Virus record (IMG/VR): IMGVR_UViG_3300027749_000073
Coordinates: 1-64,000 of that record
Length of the DNA: 64,000 nucleotides
Source: a virus
Strand: one strand, 5' to 3'
Under the pieces are notes generated by a model. The model was not told where the DNA came from. It did no database searches and saw nothing but the letters and a program-made list of their open reading frames with translations. Of this stretch, positions 50,601 to 59,561 are shown piece after piece. How positions within the stretch are numbered: the stretch's first letter is position 1; the number at the start of each line of letters is the position of its first letter. The translations under genes and the position numbers were made by a program.

Positions 50601-51942
50601 ATTTGTTGCAGTAGCAAACGGTACGGCAGCAGCATATTCATTAGACGGTATTACATGGTATAGTGTAACTTTACCCGTAAGTTCAAACTGGTCAAAAGTT
50701 AGATATGGACAAGGTGTATTTGTTACTATACCTAGTTCTACACCAGCTAGCGCATTGTCATCGGAAGATGGGTTATTTTGGATATCTAGATCACTTCCAG
50801 TAAATGCTCTAATGTTTGCAATTGCATTTGGAAATCCTAATAATATTCCAACGTGGCCAATTTTGCCACAAGGAAATACATCAGGTATATACTTAACATT
50901 AGGTGCAACTGCTAAAGGTCGTGTAAAAGTATCAACTGGTTCTATCGGTGAATTTAGAATCGTTGAACCAGGCAGCAGTTATTCATCAGCACCGACATTA
51001 ACTATTACTGATTCAAATGCTACAAGTGCATTTACTTATACAGTTAGAACAGGTGTAGGTGCGCTAGCTAATCCAACTTTTACGAACAGAGGAACGCAAT
51101 TTGCAACTGCAAGTGCAACTGTATCAGGTAATGGTTATGCAGATATGTATCAAACTGGTAATTATATTAACGTATCTGGGTTAACTAGTCAACCAACTGC
51201 TGGATCAAATATAGTATTTACAGGTAACTCAACAGTGTACAAACTAGTAGCAGTTACTAACTATCTAAGTTCAGGCGGTGGCATTGCACCATACAATGCA
51301 ACATTCCAAGTTAGTCCAAGCATGACAATTACACTTGCACCTGCGCATATAACAGATACAACATTGCGTATTAAGTACAGTCAAGTACGATTAACTGGAC
51401 ATGACTTTTTAAATATTGGTACTGGCAACATAACAAATACTAATTACCCAGGTACACCTAGTTTAGCTGTTGATAGTACAAAACAAACTGTTCAATATGG
51501 TGGTGGGCGTGTATTCTTTACTAGTACTGACCAAGACGGTAACTTTAACGTTGGTAACTTGTTCTCAGTACAACAATCAACTGGTGTTGCAACATTAAAT
51601 GCAGACTCGTTTAACATTGCAGGATTAAATCAGTTGACACTAGGTGCAGTAACATTAGGCGGAACAAGTGCTACTATTACTTCGTTCTCAACTGATCCGT
51701 ACTTTACCTTAAACAGCGACAATGTTGTTCCGACACAAAAAGCTATTAAAGCATATATTTCAAGTCAAATAGGTGGCGGTGGTAGCTCTTTGAATGTAAA
51801 TACATTAACTGCAGGTGTTCTTTACCTTTCAGGTAATACAATTTCAACTACAACAGGTGTTCAAATTAACGTAACAACTAAACTTTATTTTATTGGCGGC
51901 GTTGATGGCTCACCAATGGCATTAACATACTTTTTAACATAA
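44665..51942 (+). CDS. Giant fibre/spike protein, paralog of 39013
   Basis: 2425 aa, same N-terminus (MAEFKL..IRF.WKG.W), same beta-helix and C-terminal YSQVRLTGHD...TDQDGNF.VG.LF.VQQ.TG. Confidence 0.8.
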   Translation: MAEFKLGRIRFIWKGAWASSTTYLKDDIIRNGGKTYVCVVGHTSSADFTTDLSNVPTRWNQVSDGTAWMSDWTVNTYYRLNDVVKYGGKLYICTATHTSAATITLGLEANIASWDVYANGFKWQTTWATSTKYRINEVVKYGGIVYVCNTGHTSAATATLGLENDQSKWDIFHKGLDYLGQWSGSSVRYKVNDLVNYGADVWICTTYHTSAASFVEANWARFVEALTFENTWSSATIYQPGDIVGYGGYSYISKTINSNATPSTSTANWGLFTTGFTLIGDWATSTSYLVGNIVRLGGYTYVAILDHTSSGSSTPPNLTYWSRLNYGIRWNNTAKSYTGLAGTNITGTGTTATFNVATVGTAYTVTVNAVGTGYAATNTIKILGTAVGGLTPFNDIIITVATISGSAIATITYTGIASTWATATGYVAGDTVSFGPNSYICILAHTSAAGNRPDADTVATYWNMVAAGASTSVLTTTGDIPYMGASGSTRLGIGSAGQVLKVSSSLVPFWTYFGIIDQVYYVAPTGTNTPAPDYGVTLDRPWLTVRYAAEQVDAGPLNPNGSYLLSRNRSYIQSEIIAWINYQVTNNIAPFVGFTYVQATCQRDVGYVIDALVYDLSHGGNARSVAVAQAYVGGTYTQLANQKTQDVAGYNQMVSVINSVIANSAPGTTYQATVTRISDSTKTLETGVTTLVTNLVKVITDAITAGVSTNIPAVVNTNYTIFVKTGIYYETLPIIVPANTAIVGDELRSSNIRPKSTSIATTDTTYSIATVTRLQSIISNLVQNLTVTPTTGNPLTPVTTRPASNSTVGTAAAALLTNYIAYINWYINSSGSAPALVGTNTPTATQAYYDAVEVLEANKEFLAQEAVAYTNYTYSTTVSATATNGNITVANSTNFAVGMPVVFSGTVGSSGIVVGTVYYVKTSAANVLTVAATSGGTALTWTATSGMSFTVTLSYVSATCARDVRVLVNAIKYDLVYTGNYKTLLAARYYRRCVQTSITEDMFYVRNATGLRNMTVQGLTGTLGTANTYGTKRPSAGAYVSLDPGWGAADNRTWITSRSPYIQNVTTFGTGCTGLKIDGTLHNGGNRSVVANDFTQILSDGIGVWCTGTSSLTELVSVFSYYGHIGYLAENGGKIRATNGNSSYGTYGTVAEGVDSSETALTATVNNRANQALITNVVTDLVNKIYRVEYSNAGTGYNTATYAFSGSGYGVVSTGNEFRDNAVFETRLLTNGANYVTSTNTAQNGNTVQITIAAVDSAISSAYAGMRIQLLSGTGVGQSGYIVNYNSGTKLALVAKESFPSMTATATTASSDLITVASTSTLTANMPVYFSAALANISANTLYYVKTISSTTQFSISTIAAGTVFDITSDTSAQTVAVHAAGWDHAISGTPAVAALDVTTSYIIEPRIVFASPTYSTNTNTIASNSWVDIAYGDIYATYTTVATVGGSGSGATITVTRTGNTYSAALGSGGTNYKIGDVVTVLGTNLGGVGHTTAFSASFGLPSSANWISVTYGNGKFVAVANGSTATAYSTDGITWLTPGIGLPSSTTWESVTYGNGKFVAIVNASTAAAYSTDGITWNAANALPSAASWQSVTYGNGKFVAVAYGATVAAYSTDGITWFASNALPSAASWGSVTYGNGKFVAVANSSTAAAYSTDGITWIAANALPSATNWQSVTYGNGKFVAVANGSSTAAAYSTDGITWFAANALPSAANWQSVTYGNGKFVAVAYSSTAAAYSTDGITWVSATSPSAANWQSVTYGNGKFVAVSYGATSASYLPDLSNNLYVTVTNVASGVINNFTYAGQGAGGNFVAVQASTGTYISTTGASWSAGGALPTGSWTSVAYGVVSSVSTWVVVQNGSNNTAYSTNGGTTWTTGGTLSVSGTWSSIAFGNGKFITLLGSASSTTANISSNGGTSWTATGTLPSATWIAVAYGAGTWVAIGTSGTVAAYSTNDGTSWTSSTLPTNAGWTSVTYGNGRFVAVANGTAAAYSLDGITWYSVTLPVSSNWSKVRYGQGVFVTIPSSTPASALSSEDGLFWISRSLPVNALMFAIAFGNPNNIPTWPILPQGNTSGIYLTLGATAKGRVKVSTGSIGEFRIVEPGSSYSSAPTLTITDSNATSAFTYTVRTGVGALANPTFTNRGTQFATASATVSGNGYADMYQTGNYINVSGLTSQPTAGSNIVFTGNSTVYKLVAVTNYLSSGGGIAPYNATFQVSPSMTITLAPAHITDTTLRIKYSQVRLTGHDFLNIGTGNITNTNYPGTPSLAVDSTKQTVQYGGGRVFFTSTDQDGNFNVGNLFSVQQSTGVATLNADSFNIAGLNQLTLGAVTLGGTSATITSFSTDPYFTLNSDNVVPTQKAIKAYISSQIGGGGSSLNVNTLTAGVLYLSGNTISTTTGVQINVTTKLYFIGGVDGSPMALTYFLT
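49168..49990 (+). repeat. Seven near-identical ~123-bp repeats (beta-propeller blades)
   Basis: LPSAANWQSVTYGNGKFVAVA..STAAAYSTDGITW seven times (the last is partial). Confidence 0.9.
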
Positions 51943-51959
51943 TTGGAGAATAAATAAAC

Positions 51960-52298
51960 ATGGCATCAGGAAGATTAGGCGTAGCAGACTTAGCGGCAAC
52001 TACATACACAAACGTGTATACTTGCCCTGCTACAACATTTACAGTTGCATCACTTACGATCTGTAACAGAAACGCAACATCAGTTCAAGTTCGTGTAGCA
52101 TTAACAACAACATCAGCAGCAGGTAATACTGCTCCAGTAGATAACGCATTTCTTGAATATGGTGTTACTATTCCTGCTAACTCGGTGTTAGAACGTACTG
52201 GTTTAGTGTTGGATGCAACAAACAAATACTTAGTAGTATATTCAAGTACTACTGGTGTCAATGCTGTAGTGTACGGTATTGAAACAAGCACAGTTTAA
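51960..52298 (+). CDS. Small beta-rich virion protein
   Basis: 112 aa; LTICNRN..IPANSVLERTGLVL; paralog of 29588 and 38306. Confidence 0.7.
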   Translation: MASGRLGVADLAATTYTNVYTCPATTFTVASLTICNRNATSVQVRVALTTTSAAGNTAPVDNAFLEYGVTIPANSVLERTGLVLDATNKYLVVYSSTTGVNAVVYGIETSTV

Positions 52299-52310
52299 TG
52301 GGAGAATAAT

Positions 52311-53924
52311 ATGGGAAGATTTGTCCCAATAACCGTAACAACAGTTATCGCAGAAAAGGCTGTTCCTGTAGTAACAGCTGCAAAGGCTTATTACGATGGT
52401 AAGCAATGTTGGCAATATAAAGTAGTGTATGATCGCCCTGGTAGTTATACCTGGACTGCACCAACTAATGCAGTTTGTGTCAGGACCGTATTAGTCGGGG
52501 GCGGCGGTAAGCCTAAGTGTAGCGGTACTAGCTTTGGCGGCGGAACCTGCTGCTCTTCTGCAGGCTCAGGTGGCGCATACAGTGAAAAATGTCACGGAGT
52601 AACTGCAGGCACAACTACATTTAACCTAGTAGTAGGTAGACAAGAGCAAGATACTACACTAGCGTGTAATTCAGTTGCTGTCCACACCGCCGGCGGCGCA
52701 GCTGGATGTGTTCAAGGAGTAGCTACAGGCGGTGATTGGAACAGCACTGGAGGATTAGGTGGCTGGGGATGTACCTACTGCGGCGGCAGTTATAGTCATG
52801 GTACTCAATGTTTCTATACTTGTTTTGCTAACTGTTGTGGTTATTGCATAGCGTATGTGTGCAACCCTACCGGAACTTGCGGTGATTGCGCAGCGTCATT
52901 TGCAGGCGGCGGATCAGCAGGCTCGCCTCGAGCACTCACTGGAGGATGTGCAAGTTGTATCTGTCAATACGTATCCAGCAGTGTTGCCGGCGGTGGCGCT
53001 GGTATAGGTGACGTATGTTGCAATATTCCAGTTTGGCATTACCCTTGTTGCAATTGTATATGCACTGTCTGGTTTTGTTGCGAAGCCACAAAACCGTGTT
53101 ACAATTACCCTACTAGTAATCAAGGCGGTGGTGGTTCGGAAGCCCGTTGTAATTTTTCATGCCGCAGCACAACGCAAACTTGTACATGGGGTTACTGGAA
53201 ATCAGGTGACGGCGGACCAGGAGGCCTTACTGATGAGAGTAGCACATACGGATGGGAATTTGAATGGGGATATCAGGGAAACTGTGTATATCCATTTGGT
53301 ATCCGCTGTATGGGACAAATTTCTCAACCGAGATGTGCATCTTCTGCACCGCAGAATGTGTGTGTTTTAAATCAACAGCAATGGGATATACAAAATATAT
53401 CAGGATCAGGATCACCCGGAACTGGCTTGTTATATTGCTCATCATGCTACCCTTATGACTCTAACTCGACACCTCGCCCGCGAAATGCAGGCGAAGGCGC
53501 AGGAACAGGTGGTTTTTCATTATACAAGTGTGATGCTGAAAGCATGGATGATTTAGGCATAGGATACATGAGCAGCTCTGGTTATAACATGTTAAATTGG
53601 TTAAAGATTTGCCAATTAGGTATGTGCGGACAATGCGACCAAGCATGGCTTATGCAAGATGGGTTATTTCCATTCTTTATTACGTGTGCAGGTACACTAG
53701 GTGGCAGTGGAGGAGTAGGTATATGCGGTTATACTAGCAAAGCCGGAAAAGGTGGCGGCGGCGGCCAATCTAAAAATCAAATTTTATGTATATGTTACGG
53801 CGGTGCATTTAATTGTTGTAACCAGGTTGCAAGTACACCGTTAGCATTCCCGCCATGTTTACTAGACCAAATGGTAAGCAACGCAGGAACCGGCATGGCA
53901 ATTATATATTACAGGGAATCATAA
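52311..53924 (+). CDS. Cys/Gly-rich adhesin-like protein
   Basis: PGSYTWTAP...LVGGGG glycine-rich-domain start, C-terminal G.GMAIIYY; about 50 Cys by manual count. Confidence 0.75.
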   Translation: MGRFVPITVTTVIAEKAVPVVTAAKAYYDGKQCWQYKVVYDRPGSYTWTAPTNAVCVRTVLVGGGGKPKCSGTSFGGGTCCSSAGSGGAYSEKCHGVTAGTTTFNLVVGRQEQDTTLACNSVAVHTAGGAAGCVQGVATGGDWNSTGGLGGWGCTYCGGSYSHGTQCFYTCFANCCGYCIAYVCNPTGTCGDCAASFAGGGSAGSPRALTGGCASCICQYVSSSVAGGGAGIGDVCCNIPVWHYPCCNCICTVWFCCEATKPCYNYPTSNQGGGGSEARCNFSCRSTTQTCTWGYWKSGDGGPGGLTDESSTYGWEFEWGYQGNCVYPFGIRCMGQISQPRCASSAPQNVCVLNQQQWDIQNISGSGSPGTGLLYCSSCYPYDSNSTPRPRNAGEGAGTGGFSLYKCDAESMDDLGIGYMSSSGYNMLNWLKICQLGMCGQCDQAWLMQDGLFPFFITCAGTLGGSGGVGICGYTSKAGKGGGGGQSKNQILCICYGGAFNCCNQVASTPLAFPPCLLDQMVSNAGTGMAIIYYRES

Positions 53925-53925
53925 T

Positions 53926-55542
53926 ATGGGAAGATATATTAGTACAGGGTCAGCACAATCAAACACGTGTAGTACTATTGTAAATACAACTTGTTATCAA
54001 GTTTCTGGACAAAAGTACTCACAGGATAATAACAGTTGCTGGCAAAATAGAATAATTGTTGATACACCGGGAAGTTATACATTTACAGTTCCGGCTGGTA
54101 TAACGTGTTTACGTGCAATTGCAGTTGGCGGAGGAGGGAAAGCTTCTTACGCAGCTTCTGCTACTTACAACTTTGGAGGAGCCGGCGGAGGCTATGTAGA
54201 GCGGACTGACACAGTGGCATCAGGATGCACTGTAACAATCGTAGTAGGTCGTCAGTCTCAAGATACAACCATTGCATATACAAATAGTAGTGCAACTGCT
54301 AGAACTCTAACAGGCGGCGGCGCTGTATGTAATAACCCAGGTGCTGCTACAGGCGGAGATTGGAATAGCAATGGAGGGGCACCAGGTTGTGGATATGCTA
54401 GCGGTACGTATTGCGGAGTTGGCAACTGTTTTAATATAACTACGTGTTGTGGTTATTGTGTAGTTTTCGGTGGTTACGGTATAACATATCAACCTGATAA
54501 TAGTGCAGTATGTTGCACCGGCCACGCGCCCGGAGGCGGATCGGCAGGATCCTGGATTTGGGCATGCGGCGGGAGTGGCGGTACCGCATACTACGAAGAC
54601 CAGATTGTAGGCGGCGGATATGGTCCAGTTGCAGGCGGAGGCGGTGGAATTGGATATATTTGTAAAAAAGGCGTAATGCAGTCAGTGTGTAATTGCATTT
54701 GCACAAACGAACGTTGTAATCAAGGTTATCCAGGCGGACGAAAATTTTATTTTATGGGGACAGCAGACGGTGGTGGCGGTACTAAACTTCAAATGTGCGA
54801 CACATGTTATGCTAGAAATGTAGGGTTTAGGGGAATGTGTGTCGCCGGCCAATATTTTAATGGCAGCGGCGGTTGGGGCGGTTACGATAATGACGAAGGA
54901 CGCGGTTCACGATTTATGTGGTACCACACTGGCTGCTTTGGCGCGGTAAATTATTATCAAGAGCATGGTCCACAGCCAAAGTGTTATACATGGCATGACA
55001 TTCATGCCATGTGCGGCAGCGGTAGCAGCGGTGTGAGCTTTATGGACGGTGCTTGCTATCGTTCATGTAATAACTGGAATCATGGTCCGAGAATTGCAGG
55101 AAACGCATGGCATGACGCAGGCGAAGGTGCAGGTACTGGCGGTATTGCTTATTACTGTTGCGAAGTGACATCAATGAACATACCAAACCAAATGGCTGGA
55201 GCAGCGTGTGCGTCATCTGTAAATTGGAATTTATTGTGTTGTTTAGGGTTATCTGGAAAAATATGTTGTGCAGACAAGATGCAAGATCAATTGTTTCCCT
55301 ACATTACACACTGTGCAGGCACACTTGGTGGCGCCGGCGGAGTTGACATAGGCTGGATGTCAAGTAAAGCTGGAAAAGGCGGAGGAGCCGGCATGGTAAG
55401 ATGTTACTTGCTATGTGTATGTTGGGGCGGATCTTATAACCTGTGTAATGGTACAGGTCCTGCACTTGCATTCCCGCCATGTGATTTAGACTGGCGTGTT
55501 AATACTGCTGGTACAGGTATGGCAATTTTATATTGGAAATGA
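53926..55542 (+). CDS. Cys/Gly-rich adhesin-like protein, paralog of 52311
   Basis: PGSYTFTVPAG...AVGGGG; shared GGDWNS, AGEGAGTGG, CAGTLGG, LAFPPC, AGTGMAI motifs; about 41 Cys. Confidence 0.75.
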   Translation: MGRYISTGSAQSNTCSTIVNTTCYQVSGQKYSQDNNSCWQNRIIVDTPGSYTFTVPAGITCLRAIAVGGGGKASYAASATYNFGGAGGGYVERTDTVASGCTVTIVVGRQSQDTTIAYTNSSATARTLTGGGAVCNNPGAATGGDWNSNGGAPGCGYASGTYCGVGNCFNITTCCGYCVVFGGYGITYQPDNSAVCCTGHAPGGGSAGSWIWACGGSGGTAYYEDQIVGGGYGPVAGGGGGIGYICKKGVMQSVCNCICTNERCNQGYPGGRKFYFMGTADGGGGTKLQMCDTCYARNVGFRGMCVAGQYFNGSGGWGGYDNDEGRGSRFMWYHTGCFGAVNYYQEHGPQPKCYTWHDIHAMCGSGSSGVSFMDGACYRSCNNWNHGPRIAGNAWHDAGEGAGTGGIAYYCCEVTSMNIPNQMAGAACASSVNWNLLCCLGLSGKICCADKMQDQLFPYITHCAGTLGGAGGVDIGWMSSKAGKGGGAGMVRCYLLCVCWGGSYNLCNGTGPALAFPPCDLDWRVNTAGTGMAILYWK

Positions 55543-55570
55543 CATATAATTTAATAATTAGGAGATTTAA

Positions 55571-56326
55571 ATGATTTGGGCAAAAATAGTAAACAAAGAA
55601 ATTATGCAAACGCACGATGAGGATCCGGCAGGGTTGTGGCATCCGGATGCAATTGCAAAAAATGATATTTTAGGATATTGGGAAGAAGTTCCGGAGTACG
55701 TTAACGTGGGCTGGAAATTTAAAAATGATGAGTGGATTTCGGGCGGACAGTGGCTAGAAGAGCAGGTGGCAGAAACTCCTATACTGCCACCTGGACCATC
55801 ATCGTGTCGTATAGATGCTTCAATTAGCAATGACCCAATGCTCGATACCTGCGAAGTGTTGTTTGATTCAAATGTTGCAGGAATATATGATTCATGGAGT
55901 ATTACTATTGACGGTGTTAATTATTCTACTAAAGTAACGTCTACTAATAGTGACACTAATGAATTAACTTGTACAACAACGGTGTGGTTATCAGTTGGTG
56001 ACCTAGTAACGTTTATGAATCCAGTATTTGGTGGTGTTGATAAACATACATCGTATGTTGTGCATTCTGTAGTTAGTCCAACGAAATTTAGAATAACTAA
56101 CCTACAAACGCCAATAGAAGAATTCCAGTTAACTACTGGTACCGGTAATATGATGATGTCTAAAGGTCCAAATTTTAAACATACGTTTCAAAAAACCGAT
56201 TCTCCGCAGCATATTGCAGTAGAAATTACAGCAACAAATTCAGACAACAGTGCTACATATTCTATGGAAAATGATTGTGCATTAATTATACCTGAAAAAT
56301 GGGTTCCTTTATTTGCTAGACCATAA
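55571..56326 (+). CDS. Putative tail-fibre assembly/accessory protein
   Basis: MIWAKI..N-terminus with V.VGW motif typical of fibre-associated chaperones; last gene before a terminator. Confidence 0.55.
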   Translation: MIWAKIVNKEIMQTHDEDPAGLWHPDAIAKNDILGYWEEVPEYVNVGWKFKNDEWISGGQWLEEQVAETPILPPGPSSCRIDASISNDPMLDTCEVLFDSNVAGIYDSWSITIDGVNYSTKVTSTNSDTNELTCTTTVWLSVGDLVTFMNPVFGGVDKHTSYVVHSVVSPTKFRITNLQTPIEEFQLTTGTGNMMMSKGPNFKHTFQKTDSPQHIAVEITATNSDNSATYSMENDCALIIPEKWVPLFARP

Positions 56327-56341
56327 AAAGTAAATTATTCT

Positions 56342-56370
56342 ATAAAAAGGCGAACAATCGCCTTTTTATT
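56342..56370 (+). terminator. Rho-independent (potentially bidirectional) terminator ending the fibre operon
   Basis: ATAAAAAGGCGA-ACAA-TCGCCTTTTTAT. Confidence 0.85.
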
Positions 56371-56401
56371 TGAGTTGATAAAGTTTATAGTTAAATACAA
56401 T

Positions 56402-57187
56402 ATGACACAACTTTTTAATTTACCAATTCCAATATTATTTGTACAATACCCGGTCGGTGCAGGCGGTTGGTTTTTAACATCATTACTTTATACAGCATTT
56501 AATCCGACTGAGTCTATTAAACAGAATGCGAGAGGGTCAGGGCATGCTAATACTAAAATTACATCGTTAAACAACTTTTGTACAATTTCATTAGACGACA
56601 CGTATCAATCTATTTTATATCAGACTGAATCAACTATGTCTCAGTCTGATAAAATAGAATACCTTAGAAATACATTAATTAGCAATCCTTACAAAGAAGA
56701 AAAAATAATCCATACTATATCTATTCATTGCCAAGATATTAACATATTTTTAGAAGCATTTCCTAATAGTAAAGTAATACAGATTGAAATTAAAGATGAA
56801 CACATTCCGTTATGCACATTTAATTTTATTCATAAAGTATTAAAAGGAAATTTAATATATTTTGAAAAAATATGTAATGATTACTGCAAAAATTTTGATA
56901 TTGAACAGACTTATTTAGAAAATATTGATCTAACGGCACTTACTAATTTAAAATGGATATCTAGTCTAATAGAACTTTCAAACATAAAAAGTGCAATATT
57001 AGAAAAGTTTGCAAGTCGAGTGCTAACTATAGAATATGATCAATATATAAAATATGCTAATGCTAACCACTTAATTGATGTTATTGAAAATTTTTTACAA
57101 GCAGAATGGACTATGCAGATAAAACAACAACTAGTAAATGAATTAGAATTATATCGAATAATTCAACCAACTATGCCAGAAACATAA
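56402..57187 (+). CDS. Hypothetical protein, possibly sulfotransferase-like P-loop fold
   Basis: ATG 56402 just after TAAATA 56392 preferred over TTG 56375; FVQYPVGAGGWFL loop, FPNSKVIQI. Confidence 0.55.
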   Translation: MTQLFNLPIPILFVQYPVGAGGWFLTSLLYTAFNPTESIKQNARGSGHANTKITSLNNFCTISLDDTYQSILYQTESTMSQSDKIEYLRNTLISNPYKEEKIIHTISIHCQDINIFLEAFPNSKVIQIEIKDEHIPLCTFNFIHKVLKGNLIYFEKICNDYCKNFDIEQTYLENIDLTALTNLKWISSLIELSNIKSAILEKFASRVLTIEYDQYIKYANANHLIDVIENFLQAEWTMQIKQQLVNELELYRIIQPTMPET

Positions 57188-57188
57188 C

Positions 57189-58298
57189 ATGAATATTATA
57201 ATATTAACACCCGACAGAGTAGGATCAAGTTTACTGCAAAAGTATATTACAGTGACTATGCAACAATATGACTATCAACACCCAGTTATTAATTTACACG
57301 AACTCACTAACGGAATTGAATCATATCATTCAACAAAATATAACCAACAAGTATTAGGAAAACCTGAAAAATCTAATTGGGGATACCATCAAACACTTGA
57401 AGAAATAACACAATTATTAAGTAGTGTAGACCATTACAAAGTATCAAGATTAGCACAATATCATATTTTAAATAGACAAGATTTATTAAAAGATCAACTA
57501 AGTTTTTATCAATATATTAATGACAATTTTTTTATAATTAGTGCCCGTAGACAAAATTTGTTCGAACATGCTTTAAGTTGGTGTATAGCTGCGTTTTCAA
57601 AACACTTAAACGTGTATGACCATCAAGAAAAAATTAGTGTATTTAAGGATTTATACCAACGGAAAATTACTATAGATCAAGAAGTATTTAAAAATTATCT
57701 AGACAAATATGTAAATTATCTAAAATGGACTGATAATCACTTTGCAATAAATTCAATATTTAATTATGAAAAAGATGTAATAGATCTTGAGTCTTACGTA
57801 GACAATCTTGACATATTTCCAATCAACCATCACCGCGTAAGTTGGGCAGATCATTATGGCATTTCTTGGAAAGATTGGAACGCATGCCATTATCTTATCA
57901 GTGATATGAGCGGTTTTTCTACAGAGGTTCCATCCACTCTTCTTTTAGAAAATTCAAATACTATTCACCGGCCATTATTATCGATGAATATGAATCAACT
58001 AATGACACGACCTGGACTAAGTGTAGCTCATCAAGAGTTCTTAACTACAAATTCAACAAATTATTTAAATACCTATAAAACAATATATAATTTAGTAGAC
58101 GACAGAACTTTAATTGCAGGGATGCCTATTAAGTTACAAACGCTAGCAGAAAAATCACTATTAGTAAAGAATTTTAAAGAATGTTTGAATACGTATAATG
58201 ATTGGAGCAATAAATCTTCGATAGGAAAGTTTTTATCCTTAGAAAAGTTAGGTAACACTGCATTAACTGAATTAGAAACTTGGTATAATCATAAATGA
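57189..58298 (+). CDS. Sulfotransferase-like protein
   Basis: IILTPDRVGSSLL resembles the PAPS-binding loop; RRQNLFEHALSW and YE motifs of Stf0-like enzymes. Confidence 0.55.
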   Translation: MNIIILTPDRVGSSLLQKYITVTMQQYDYQHPVINLHELTNGIESYHSTKYNQQVLGKPEKSNWGYHQTLEEITQLLSSVDHYKVSRLAQYHILNRQDLLKDQLSFYQYINDNFFIISARRQNLFEHALSWCIAAFSKHLNVYDHQEKISVFKDLYQRKITIDQEVFKNYLDKYVNYLKWTDNHFAINSIFNYEKDVIDLESYVDNLDIFPINHHRVSWADHYGISWKDWNACHYLISDMSGFSTEVPSTLLLENSNTIHRPLLSMNMNQLMTRPGLSVAHQEFLTTNSTNYLNTYKTIYNLVDDRTLIAGMPIKLQTLAEKSLLVKNFKECLNTYNDWSNKSSIGKFLSLEKLGNTALTELETWYNHK

Positions 58299-59050
58299 AT
58301 GTATTTAACGAATTTATATTAACTACTACTGCAAACGAGTTTGACGCAACCTGCGGTATTGACAGTTTAGAGCATTGTAGAGACGTTATACATTATAAAA
58401 TGTATGAAAAAAGTATTCTGTATGTGTATAATAGTTTTGGTTATCGAGATGAAGAATGGCCTTTGGATTTAACTGATGTTATTTGGTGTGTAGGTGACAG
58501 TTTTACAGTAGGACTTGGCCAACCGTACAACGAAACTTGGGTCAATCTTGTAGGAGAACAAACAGGAAAAAGAACAGTAAACGTTAGTATGAATGGAGCT
58601 AGTAATGATTGGATTGCGAGACGTGTACACGCTATTATTAATAATTTTAGTCCAAAAATTATTTTAATACAATGGAGTTATTGTCATCGAAGAGAAAGCA
58701 CAGATACCTCGTTGATCGACGAGGATCGAAAAATTCATTTTATTAAGCCTGAAGGCGGTCGAGAACAGTTTGCAGATATGCAGGAATTAGATAAACAAAA
58801 TTGTATAAACAACATACTTAATATCGATAATCATCCGTTTACTCAAATAGTACATTCATTTATTCCTAAATTTGCAAGAACTGATGATGCAGAATTTATA
58901 TACAATAAACTAACAACACACGATATTACCTTTTTTCCCGAACAGCCGCAGATTGATTTTGCAAGAGATCACCACCATTATGATATACAAACTGCTACTA
59001 ATTATGCAAACTTGTATCTAAGTAAATTAGAGATGCAGAATATTACTTAA
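58295..59050 (+). CDS. SGNH/GDSL-hydrolase-like protein
   Basis: CVGDSFTVG, NVSMNGASND, RDHHHY. Confidence 0.6.
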   Translation: MNVFNEFILTTTANEFDATCGIDSLEHCRDVIHYKMYEKSILYVYNSFGYRDEEWPLDLTDVIWCVGDSFTVGLGQPYNETWVNLVGEQTGKRTVNVSMNGASNDWIARRVHAIINNFSPKIILIQWSYCHRRESTDTSLIDEDRKIHFIKPEGGREQFADMQELDKQNCINNILNIDNHPFTQIVHSFIPKFARTDDAEFIYNKLTTHDITFFPEQPQIDFARDHHHYDIQTATNYANLYLSKLEMQNIT

Positions 59051-59561
59051 AGTTAGGACCATACACCCACCCAAAGATAGCATACCTTGAACCTTCTTCA
59101 ACAATTGATACTTTGTGCGGTAAAAAAGAAGGAAAAATTAACAATTTTCCAGACTGGCAGGTTACAGTTGACTCAGTTAGTGTTATAAATTCTCCTCCTT
59201 GAAAGTTATCGTTTAATAACAATGAAAACGATAATTTACGTTGAACATCTCCGGATATACAATCCATGTGCATACTGTTGTAGTGCATACCTGTATCATA
59301 CCTACCAAAAAAACAATCGATATAGTTAAAATCTAAATCAAATTTAAAATGATTGCTGTTAATAAACTTAAGACTATCTATTAAAAACGGAATATCTGTA
59401 ATATCAATGTTTGCAATCCGAACGTTTCTATGTGTCTGTTGTACTACATTTTCTAATTGTATAGTATCATGTTTATCAATTAGTTGATTACATTGTGCAT
59501 TATCTAGTAATGTTTTACTAATTACTACAATTTGTTCATAACTTTGGTTTTGCATTTGCAT
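59043..59561 (-). CDS. 2OG-Fe(II) oxygenase (PKHD/P4H-like)
   Basis: HMD..RKLSFSLLLND.FQGGEF..IFPSFLPHKV..V.EG.RY. Confidence 0.85.
   Translation of the reverse strand: MQMQNQSYEQIVVISKTLLDNAQCNQLIDKHDTIQLENVVQQTHRNVRIANIDITDIPFLIDSLKFINSNHFKFDLDFNYIDCFFGRYDTGMHYNSMHMDCISGDVQRKLSFSLLLNDNFQGGEFITLTESTVTCQSGKLLIFPSFLPHKVSIVEEGSRYAIFGWVYGPNFK

Noticed and set aside
52311-55542. Stop-codon reassignment or selenoprotein explanation for the Cys richness
   Set aside because: Cys is encoded by ordinary TGT/TGC, and TAA, TAG and TGA all end genes normally in this window
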